31,561 nucleotides of DNA from Thermoanaerobaculia bacterium (GTDB lineage Bacteria; Acidobacteriota; Thermoanaerobaculia; Multivoradales; UBA5704), in NCBI GenBank assembly GCA_044226625.1, contig JBGAGQ010000070.1, positions 1 to 31,561 of the forward strand, given 5' to 3'. The notes beneath the pieces were generated by a model. It was not told the DNA's origin and did not search any database. It saw only the letters and a list, made by a program, of their open reading frames with translations. The position numbers and the translations under genes were made by a program. Shown here one piece after another: positions 1 to 8,300 of the stretch. How positions within the stretch are numbered: position 1 is the first letter of the stretch; the number at the start of each line of letters is the position of its first letter.

Positions 1-41
1 CTCGGCCGGGCGATTCGCTCCCCATGTTAGGCTCCCCGACG

Positions 42-1189
42 ATGACCGTTCAGGATCTCCGTGAGCTTGCTCCGAGCGCCCTGCGCCGGGAGGAACCGCA
101 TTTCGAGAGGAATCCGGGCACCGACCTCGATCTCGCCTGGGTGCGCGACGTCCGGGTGAACACGAGCGCGGTCGAGCGCCGGGCGGCGACCCTGCCGAAG
201 CGCCGAACGGTCAAGAAAGAGTGGCAGGCCGCCTGGTACCTGCGCGCGGTCACCGTGATGGACCTGACCACCCTCCAGGGCGACGACACGCCGGGGCGGG
301 TCGAGAGGTTGTGCGCGAAGGCGCGACGGCCGATCCGCACCGACCTTCTCGAGGCGCTCGGGGTCGAGCACCTCGATCTGCGGGTCGCCTCGGTCTGCGT
401 CTATCACCAACTGATCGCCCCGGCGCGCAAGGCGCTCGCCGGATCGGGCATCCCGGTGTGCGCGGTCTCCGCGGGCTTCCCGGCCGGGCAGAACCCGCTC
501 CCCCTCCGGCTCGCCGAGATCCGCGCTTCGGTCGACGCGGGCGCCGAAGAGATCGACATCGTGATCAGCCGCGCCCACGTCCTTACCGGCGATTGGACCG
601 CCCTTTACGACGAGGTCCGCGCCTTCCGTGAAGCGTGCGGCCCGGCGCACATGAAGGCGATCCTCGCGACCGGCGAGCTCGGCACGCTGCGCAACGTGGC
701 GCGGGCGAGCCGGGTGGCACTCATGGCCGGCGCCGACTTCATCAATACGACGAGGTCCGCGCCTTCCGTGAAGCGTGCGGCCCGGCGCACATGAAGGCGA
801 TCCTCGCGACCGGCGAGCTCGGCACGCTGCGCAACGTGGCGCGGGCGAGCCGGGTGGCACTCATGGCCGGCGCCGACTTCATCAAGACCTCGACGGGCAA
901 GGAAAAGGCGAACGCCACGCTGCCGGTTTCGCTGGTGATGGCGCGGGCGATCCGCGATTACCGCGAGCGGACGGGGCACAAGGCGGGATTCAAGCCCGCG
1001 GGCGGCATCTCGACCGCCAAGCAGTCGGCCGACTGGCTCGCGCTGATGAAAGAGGAGCTCGGCCGCGAATGGCTCTCGCGGGAGCTGTTCCGGATCGGCG
1101 CTTCGAGCCTGCTCGGCGACATCGAGCGCCAGCTCGAGCACCACACGACCGGCCGCTACTCCGCCTCCTTCCGCCACCCGCTCGCTTGA
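42..1189 (+). pseudogene. deoC: Deoxyribose-phosphate aldolase (long DeoC type), frameshifted by a 140-bp tandem duplication (possibly an assembly artefact)
   Basis: ORF 24..794 has MDLTTLQGDDT, SVCVY, GAEEIDIV and HMKAILATGEL. ORF 635..1189 continues with GADFIKTSTGK (Schiff-base Lys) and GFKPAGGI. Removing one repeat copy gives a single ORF of about 335 aa. Start is ATG 42 or ATG 24. Confidence 0.9.
606..885 (+). repeat. Exact tandem duplication, 2 x 140 bp (606..745, 746..885)
   Basis: Both copies begin TACGACGAGGTCCGC and end GCCGACTTCATCAA, and no mismatch was seen on reading. Confidence 0.95.
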
Positions 1190-1217
1190 GAGCCGAAACC
1201 GGACGATCCCCATCGTG

Positions 1218-3650
1218 ATGAGCGTCGCCGAAATCTTCGAAACCATGGACTACGGCCCGGCCCCGGAGAGCGCCGATCCCGCGAACGCCTGGCTCGCGGC
1301 GCGCGATCGAGAGATCCTCCCCTTCATCGACGGCGCGTTCCGCCGCCCCGCGGTCGAGGAGTTCTTCACCACCCTCTCCCCCGCCGACGGCAAGCCGTTG
1401 GCCCGCGTGGCGCAGGGAGGGACCGTCGAGGTCGACGCCGCCGTCGCGGCCGCGCGCGCCGCGCAGCCCGGTTGGTGGGCGCTCGGCGGCCACGGCCGGG
1501 CGCGGCACCTCTACGCGCTCGCCCGCCACGTGCAGAAGAACGCGCGCCTGCTCGCGGTGCTCGAAACGATGGACAACGGCAAACCGATCCGCGAGACCCG
1601 CGACCTCGACGTGCCGCTGGTCGCCCGCCACTTCTACCACCACGCCGGCTGGGCGCAGTTGATGGAGCGCGAGCTGCCGGGCTACGTACCGGTTGGGGTC
1701 GCGGGGCAAATCATCCCATGGAACTTCCCGCTGCTGATGCTGGCCTGGAAGATCGCTCCGGCGCTCGCGATGGGCAACACGGTGGTCTTGAAGCCGGCCG
1801 AGTTCACGCCGCTCTCGGCCGCCGCCTTCGCCGAGATCTGCAAGGACGCGGGCCTGCCGCGTGGCGTGGTCAACATCGTCCAGGGCGACGGCCGGACCGG
1901 CGAGCTGATGGTCCGCCACCCCGGCATCGACAAGATCGCGTTCACCGGCTCGACCGAGGTCGGACGCCTGATCCGCGAGGCGACCGCCGGCACGGGCAAG
2001 CGGCTGTCGCTGGAGCTCGGCGGCAAATCGCCGTTCCTGGTCTTCGACGACGCCGATCTGGACGGCGCGGTCGAAGGGGTGGTCGACGCCATCTGGTTCA
2101 ACCAGGGAGAGGTCTGCTGCGCCGGTTCCCGCCTGCTCGTCCACGAGGGGGTCGCGGAAACCTTCTACGCCAAGCTGCGCGAGCGGATGGAGACGCTGCG
2201 CGTCGGCGATCCGCGCGACAAAGCGATCGACATCGGCGCGATCATCGCGCCGGTCCAGCTCGAGCGAATCGAGCGCCTCGTGGCTCAAGGCGTCCAGGAG
2301 GGGGCGAAGCTCTGGCAGCCCAGTTGGAGCTGCCCACGCGAGGGGTGGTTTTACCCGCCGACGCTGTTCACCGGCGTGGCGCCCGCGGCGACCATCGCCC
2401 AGGTGGAGATCTTCGGTCCGGTCCTGGTCGCAATGACGTTCCGCACGCCGGAAGAGGCGATCGACCTCGCGAACAACACGCGCTTCGGCCTCGCGGCGAG
2501 CGTCTGGACCGAGAACGTCAACCTCGCTCTCGAGCTCGCCTCGAAGATCAAGGCCGGCACGGTCTGGATCAACTCGACCAACCTGTTCGACGCGGCGGCC
2601 GGCTTCGGCGGCTATCGGGAGAGCGGTTTCGGCCGCGAAGGGGGCAAGGAAGGTCTGTGGGAGTACGCCCGCCCCGCCTGGGAGGCCCGCGAGCCCACTG
2701 CCAGTGAAACCGCCGAGACACCGCGGCACGACGTCCACGCCGAGACGACCGAGACGGACGAGGTCGAGGCGGAGAGAGAAACTGGGCTCTCCGGCCTGCC
2801 TTCGATCGACCGTACCGCGAAGCTCTACATCGGCGGCAAGCAGTCGCGACCGGACGGCGAGCTTTCGTTGCAGGTCCGCTCCCCCGGCGGCCGGCTGCTC
2901 GGCGAGGTCGGCGCGGGCAACCGCAAAGACGTGCGGAATGCCGTCGAGGCCGCGCGCAAGACGCAGCCCGGCTGGGCGAAATCGACCGCGCACCTGCGGG
3001 CGCAGATCCTCTACTACACCGCCGAGAACCTCGCCGCCCGCGCCGACGACTTCGCGCGTCGCATCGAAGCGATGACAGGCAGGGGTGACGAAGCCGCCGG
3101 TCGCGAGGTCGAGCGTTCGATCGAGCGGCTGTTCACCTACGCGGCCTGGGCCGACAAGTACGCCGGCCGAGTCCAGGCGGTGCCGCAGCGTAATTTCACC
3201 TTCGCGGTCCACGAGCCGCTCGGCACGCTCGGCCTGGTCTGCCCGGACGAAGCGCCGCTGCTCGGCTTCGTCTCGCTCGTCGCCCCGGCGATCGCCTTGG
3301 GCAACACCGTCGTCGCCGTCCCCTCGGAGCGCTCGCCGCTCGCGGCGACCGACCTCTATCAGGTGCTCGACACCTCCGACGTACCGGGCGGCGTGGTGAA
3401 CATCGTGACCGGCTCGCGCGACGCGCTCGCCCCGGTCCTCGCCGCCCACGACGACCTCGACGGGATCTGGTACTTCGGCGGAGCCGAGGGAAGCGCCGCG
3501 GTCGAGCGCGCCTCGACCGGCAACCTCAAGCGCACCTGGGTGAGCCACGGCCACCGGCGCGATTGGTTCGACGCCGAGCAGGGCGAGGGCGAGGAGTTCC
3601 TGCGCGAGGCGCTGCAAGTCAAGAACATCTGGACCCCCTTCGGGGAGTAA
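1218..3650 (+). CDS. Aldehyde dehydrogenase with an extra C-terminal Rossmann-like half-domain (ALDH16-like), about 810 aa
   Basis: Motifs IIPWNFP, LKPAE, FTGSTEVG, LELGGKSP (catalytic Glu), FNQGEVCCAG (catalytic Cys) and EIFGPV. A second partial ALDH NAD-binding domain (HEPLGTLG, PGGVVNIVTG) lacks the catalytic Cys. Lies directly downstream of deoC. Confidence 0.93.
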   Translation: MSVAEIFETMDYGPAPESADPANAWLAARDREILPFIDGAFRRPAVEEFFTTLSPADGKPLARVAQGGTVEVDAAVAAARAAQPGWWALGGHGRARHLYALARHVQKNARLLAVLETMDNGKPIRETRDLDVPLVARHFYHHAGWAQLMERELPGYVPVGVAGQIIPWNFPLLMLAWKIAPALAMGNTVVLKPAEFTPLSAAAFAEICKDAGLPRGVVNIVQGDGRTGELMVRHPGIDKIAFTGSTEVGRLIREATAGTGKRLSLELGGKSPFLVFDDADLDGAVEGVVDAIWFNQGEVCCAGSRLLVHEGVAETFYAKLRERMETLRVGDPRDKAIDIGAIIAPVQLERIERLVAQGVQEGAKLWQPSWSCPREGWFYPPTLFTGVAPAATIAQVEIFGPVLVAMTFRTPEEAIDLANNTRFGLAASVWTENVNLALELASKIKAGTVWINSTNLFDAAAGFGGYRESGFGREGGKEGLWEYARPAWEAREPTASETAETPRHDVHAETTETDEVEAERETGLSGLPSIDRTAKLYIGGKQSRPDGELSLQVRSPGGRLLGEVGAGNRKDVRNAVEAARKTQPGWAKSTAHLRAQILYYTAENLAARADDFARRIEAMTGRGDEAAGREVERSIERLFTYAAWADKYAGRVQAVPQRNFTFAVHEPLGTLGLVCPDEAPLLGFVSLVAPAIALGNTVVAVPSERSPLAATDLYQVLDTSDVPGGVVNIVTGSRDALAPVLAAHDDLDGIWYFGGAEGSAAVERASTGNLKRTWVSHGHRRDWFDAEQGEGEEFLREALQVKNIWTPFGE

Positions 3651-3694
3651 ACCGTCCCGAGCACCCCGCGAGGGAAATCTTGGAGGACCTTTCC

Positions 3695-4534
3695 ATGCGC
3701 CGCACCTTGCCCGGCCGTACGACGCGCGCCTTCGCGCATGGGAGCCTCGTCCCAACCCTCGGCCTCGGTCTCGTCCTTGGGCTCGCCGGCTGCGGTGGCG
3801 GCGGACGGCAGGAGCCGCCCCCCTCCAATCCCGTACCGCCGACGGAGGTGTCGATCGCCCCGACCCCCGGCAAGACCGTCGAGGAGGTGCTGGCCGCCTA
3901 TGAGGCCGCGCGCGGCGGCCGGGACAAGATCGCCGCCATCGCCTCGCTGCGGATGAAGGGCACCTACCGGCGGAACGACGAAGGCGAGACGCCGGTGACC
4001 GTCGAGCGCAAGAACCCGGACAAGTTCCGGCGCGACCTCGAGGACCCGAACGCACCGGTCACGGTCGGCTTCGACGGCACGACCGCCTGGCAACGGGGCG
4101 GCCCAGGAGGGGCCACTCAAGTCAGCCAACTGCCGCCGGAAACGGCCGAGCGCCTCAAGAAGAGCGCCGACATCGGCGGGCCGCTGGTCGACGCTGTCGC
4201 CAAGGGGGCGACCGCCACGCTCTTGGGAACGGCCACCGTCGACGGCGCCGCGACCTGGGCGGTGGAGCTGGTCTCGGGCGGCGAGAAGGCGACCTACTTC
4301 ATCGATCAGAAGAGCGGCCTCCTGATCCGCAGCCACGAGCCGATCCCGTCGTCCGACGGCCCGACGACAGCCGAGATCACCTACGGCGACTATCGGGACG
4401 AGGGTGGCATCCAGTGGCCGACCCACATCGTCTTCACCACTCCCGCGAACGGCCAGGTCCAGACGTTCACCTGGAAGCAGATCGAAGTCGGGGCGCCAAT
4501 CGACGACTCCCGGTTCGCGATGCCTCCGAGCTGA
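3695..4534 (+). CDS. Lipoprotein, LolA-like / outer-membrane lipoprotein-sorting-type fold (putative)
   Basis: GGAGG at 3682-3686 precedes ATG 3695. Hydrophobic stretch ends in lipobox LAGC, followed by a Pro-rich linker. Patterns A-x-GG-x-D-K-I, GFDGTTAW, YFIDQKSGL and YGDYRDEGGIQWP are typical of this family. Confidence 0.7.
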   Translation: MRRTLPGRTTRAFAHGSLVPTLGLGLVLGLAGCGGGGRQEPPPSNPVPPTEVSIAPTPGKTVEEVLAAYEAARGGRDKIAAIASLRMKGTYRRNDEGETPVTVERKNPDKFRRDLEDPNAPVTVGFDGTTAWQRGGPGGATQVSQLPPETAERLKKSADIGGPLVDAVAKGATATLLGTATVDGAATWAVELVSGGEKATYFIDQKSGLLIRSHEPIPSSDGPTTAEITYGDYRDEGGIQWPTHIVFTTPANGQVQTFTWKQIEVGAPIDDSRFAMPPS

Positions 4535-4538
4535 CTCG
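4447..4538 (+). repeat. 92-bp direct repeat, left copy (3' end of the lipoprotein gene)
   Basis: Matches 5231..5322 with 2 mismatches near the 5' end; 4459..4538 is identical to 5243..5322. Confidence 0.95.
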
Positions 4539-4564
4539 TCTCGCGCTAGCTGGTTTCGCCGAGC

Positions 4565-4945
4565 TCAGATTCTTTCGACGATCACCTCGCGAGCGTACCG
4601 AGCGAGGGCGCCCAGATCTCCGGGATCCGAGGTCAACACCGTCCCGCCTGGTTCGGCCAGGGCGACGACTAGCGCGTCGACCGCGGATCCTCGCCGTGCC
4701 GTCCGCCGCAGGAGCGCGGCGCGCCGGGCCAGCGGCTCGCCGATCTCCTCCACGATGTCGCACATCTTGAGAAATCGATTGGTGAGGGCATCGCGGCCCG
4801 GATGGCCTTGCAGGCACTCGACGAGGACGACCGAGGGGACGAGCGGGGGCCACAGATCCACTTCGCGAAGAGCCATGATCAGCGACGCCGCCTGCCGAGA
4901 ACGCTCGGCCAAGCGGCTGACGCCGCCCGAGTCGAGAACCAGCAC
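4565..4945 (-). CDS. vapC: PIN-domain ribonuclease toxin (VapC family)
   Basis: 126 aa with the PIN acidic residues: LVLDSG, VLVECL, SAVDALVVALA and VLTSDPGDL. GTG start lies 1 nt after the antitoxin stop. Confidence 0.88.
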   Translation of the reverse strand: MLVLDSGGVSRLAERSRQAASLIMALREVDLWPPLVPSVVLVECLQGHPGRDALTNRFLKMCDIVEEIGEPLARRAALLRRTARRGSAVDALVVALAEPGGTVLTSDPGDLGALARYAREVIVERI

Positions 4946-4946
4946 T

Positions 4947-5195
4947 TCAGCCGGCTTGCCGGATCGGCCGGCGGCTCAGACGCCGCGCGACAGCGTCCGC
5001 ACGCGCACGATCCGCGGAGGTAGGCGGACCGACCTCCGCGATCAGATGATCGAGATAACGGTCGGCCTCGGCCAGCAACTCCAAGCGGCGCAACTCCGCC
5101 CGCACGGCCCTCTGAAGCAGCTCCGAAGCGGGCAACCCGCGAGCCTTCACCTGCTCGTGGAGCTCGTCGGGGAGATATACCTGCATGCGGGCCAT
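4947..5195 (-). CDS. vapB: Antitoxin with ribbon-helix-helix N-terminus (VapB/CcdA-like), 82 aa
   Basis: MARMQVYLPDELHEQVKARGLPASELLQRAVRAEL is an RHH pattern, and the gene sits immediately upstream of the PIN toxin. Confidence 0.82.
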   Translation of the reverse strand: MARMQVYLPDELHEQVKARGLPASELLQRAVRAELRRLELLAEADRYLDHLIAEVGPPTSADRARADAVARRLSRRPIRQAG

Positions 5196-5202
5196 ACGCC
5201 TA

Positions 5203-5208
5203 AGTATA
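5203..5208 (-). promoter_or_regulatory. Candidate -10 box (TATACT) for a leaderless vapBC transcript
   Basis: The minus strand reads GTGTGTG-TATACT-taggcgt-ATG(5195). The 7-nt spacing and absence of a Shine-Dalgarno fit leaderless initiation. Confidence 0.55.
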
Positions 5209-5230
5209 CACACACCCTCACGGAACGAAT

Positions 5231-5322
5231 GAACGGTCAGGACCAGACGTTCACCTGGAAGCAGATCGAAGTCGGGGCGCCAATCGACGACTCCCGGTTC
5301 GCGATGCCTCCGAGCTGACTCG
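5231..5322 (+). repeat. 92-bp direct repeat, right copy (orphan duplicate of the lipoprotein 3' end)
   Basis: Encodes NGQDQTFTWKQIEVGAPIDDSRFAMPPS*, versus NGQVQTFTW... in the left copy. Confidence 0.95.
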
Positions 5323-5361
5323 ACGATCGGCGATCCCTTTTCGTTACCGGGGTGACGCGGC

Positions 5362-8300
5362 TCAGGCGATCACGATCTCTACCGAGTGTTTGATGTCGGT
5401 GCAGATCCCCGAGGATGCGACCACCGTGATTTTGTCGCCCGGTCGGGCTCGGAGGATCTTGAGCTCGAGCGCCGGGCTGTCCATCTCGCTCGGCACCGTG
5501 ATCTTGGTCGTGCTCAAGGTCGCGATCGCCCCCTGAGGCGTGCGAACTTCCAAGGGGAAGGTGTCTTCCTTCACGTCGGTCAGCGTCTTCGTCGTCTCGT
5601 TGCGCAGGGTGATCATCACGCTCCTCGGCTGATCGGCGGCCGGGGCCGGTACCTGGGTGCGCGAGGCCCGGAGCCTCGGACCGATCACGACCACGTACGG
5701 ATCGCTCGCGTTGGTGAAGTCGTTTGGATCGACGATCTGGTTCGGATCGAAGGAGTACGAGCGAAACTCGATCTTCTGCGGTCCGGCTGTGAGGTTGGTG
5801 GCGAGCACGCCGGTCTTCCACGGCCGATAGAGAAGATACGGGGTGTTCTTCTTTCGGCTCACCTCGGTCGAAGGATCGTCGTAGGCGTAGAGGTTCTTTT
5901 CGGCGTCGCCGACGGAGAACCGCTTCAAGCGGATCTCTTCGATCGGGCTCAAGGTGGTCTTGAAGTCGAGGCCGTACGGCACGAGCCTCTCGCCGGGGCC
6001 CGGCGTCGTCTGGGTTCCGCTCGGATCGATCGTCTGCACGATCACGTTGACGGTGCCCTTGAGGCCGGTGGAGCGCACGTTGGCGCCGGAGAGGTAACGG
6101 TCGCTCCGCAGGTAGACCGCGGAGATCGTCGGCTTGGCACCCTGGGGCCGATTCCACTCCTCGAAAGGCAGCCGTAGCGGGTTGAGGAACGTCATCTGCT
6201 CTTCGGCCGCGAAATCGAAATGCAGGTGGGGCCCTTCGTTCGGGATGCCGACCTTCGAAGCCTGGCCCAGATACGCCCCTTGGTTGACGAAGGTCCCCAC
6301 CGGGAACCGCTTGGTGTTCTTCATGTGTAGACAGTTGGTCTCGCGAGCGATGCTCCGGCCGTCTTCGCTGTCGCAGTTCGGATGCCGCAGCCGGATCGCC
6401 GCCTCCTTTTTGAGAATGGCGAAGTGGGAATCTCCCGGCACGTCGAGCGTCAGGACCTCTCCGCTCCGGGTCGCGTACACCGGGGTTCCGTTGCCCTGAA
6501 AATCGACCCCGCCGTGCAGACGGGTCATCCGGTACCCGCCGTGGAAGTACCCTTCCATGAAGTTTCCGTTCACCCGCACTTCCGGGTTCTCGATTGGAAA
6601 CAGCCACGATTCGCCGAAGGCCGAAACCGGGCGATCGATCTTGAACTTCTCGGCAGCGCTCCACTCGGCGTTTTTCTCCGAATATCGCGCGCGCCAGAGG
6701 TACTCGCCGGCCGGAAGAGAGGGTCCGGTCAGGTTGACGACCACGACGGGTCGTTCCGCCGTGGCGCCCGCGACCGTCCCCGAACGCTTGAGCCCGTTGG
6801 CGAAGCCGTTCGTGTCGGCCAGCTGGTATTCGATCGACACGCCAGGCTTCCGGCTCACCGCGTTCAGATACGGCAGCGAGACGCGGACTCGTTCGTTGCC
6901 CACCGGGTGGACCAACGTCGGGATCTGGGCGGCGGCGACGTCGACCGCGGCTTCGGCAGCCGCGACGAGCGGGGAGTCTCCACGATCCGCGAAGCTTTGG
7001 TACGCGAGATCGAGCACGGAGAGGGGAAGGATTCCGCGGTTCGGGCCGCGGGTCGGCACGAGCGCCTGGACCTTCGCCATGCCGGGGACCGTACCGATCA
7101 CCCGCCATTCGCTCGCGAGCGGCTGAGCGTCGACGAGCTGCGTCGCGATCAGCAGGCGGGAGGGGTCGTCCGGCCGGAACAGGACCTCGTTCGCCGGGAT
7201 CTCGCGTTCCGGACCGAGCGGCACGCCGTCGCGATCGACCGGAAGCTCGAAGGCGCGGACGGTGCGGCTTTCCCCGGGAGCGAGCTCGAACGCCTCGGGC
7301 TCGATGCGAATCTGGAACAGGCGATCAGCCGGCTCGATCGTGACGCACAGGTTGGGTTGGAACGACAGCCGCTCGACCGGCGGCGGTGCCTCGCCAGCAA
7401 AGCCGCGGGCGAGCGAGATCTCGAACGACCAGGGGAGGCAGGCGGTGCCCGGCGAGGTGGCGAAGAAGATGCCGCGGACGCCGAGCGGATCGGCGACCGG
7501 CGACGGTAGGAGCGTGGCACGGCCGATCGATCCGTCGAGCGGTCGGATCGAGTCGACCGAGGCCCGGATCGTCACGCCGGAGTCGAGAACCAACAAACCG
7601 CCAGTCGACTGGGCGGAAATCCCTTCGGCGACCAGGATCTGATAACCGCCGCCTGGGAGCAGGAGCGATTCGAGGAACGAGATCTCGACCGACACCGAGA
7701 CGTCGACCACGACGTCGTAGAGGATCGCGCCCGGATATCCGGAGAGCGGTGGCGGAAGCTCCGAACCGAAGTCGTTGAACGGCTCGCCGAAGTCGGCGTC
7801 CCGGAAGGGATCGAAGACCGGAATCAACGCGAGCGAGACCTCGATCCGAATCACGACCCGCAGGACCAACAAGACCGCGAGGCCGGTCAAGCTGAAGAAC
7901 TTGCCTTCCTCGTAGACGCCCGACGCCTCGGTGAGAGGATCGCGGCCGCGGCCGAACGCCGGCAGCACGACCGCCTCGTCGAGCAGCGGCAGGTCGATCC
8001 CCGTCGAGACCAATTGGAGCGGAACCGAAACGCCCGGCTTGAGCTGCGGGCTCGAGGTCATCGGCTGGCCGATCGCGAGCGGCCGCCCGTCTTGGACGCG
8101 GACCGCCTGGCCTCGTCCGTTGGTGCCGACCAGCGTCTGGCCGGGAACCGCGGCGAGGTCGAGGCTGGGCGCCTCCTCGGGGTCGGAGGAAGGGGGCGAC
8201 ACCAGCGTCAGCGGGAAAGTTCCGAGATTCCGGCTTCCGTCGCGCAGGCGCATCTGGAACGTCCCGGTGGCGTCGGCCTCGATCGCGAGCACGCCGGCGA

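Larger units (their letters stand above)
4447..5322. mobile_element. Direct-repeat-flanked vapBC mini-island (692-bp insert, no recombinase)
   Basis: The insert 4539..5230 holds only the toxin, antitoxin and promoter, and is bounded by 92-bp direct repeats of a gene 3' end. Confidence 0.55.

Noticed and set aside
990-4055. 1021-aa minus-strand ORF, and similar long antisense or alternate-frame ORFs (10563..13136, 10942..13164, 17533..19668, 14864..16558)
   Set aside because: These are Arg/Gly/Pro-rich shadow frames of well-supported genes, expected in high-GC DNA, with no motifs.
4404-5318. 304-aa ORF ending in the same C-terminus as the lipoprotein
   Set aside because: It is antisense to vapBC, and the shared tail is just the right-hand direct repeat.
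4447-5322. IS element or integron cassette
   Set aside because: No transposase or terminal inverted repeats and no recognisable attC structure were seen, and 92 bp is far longer than a target-site duplication.
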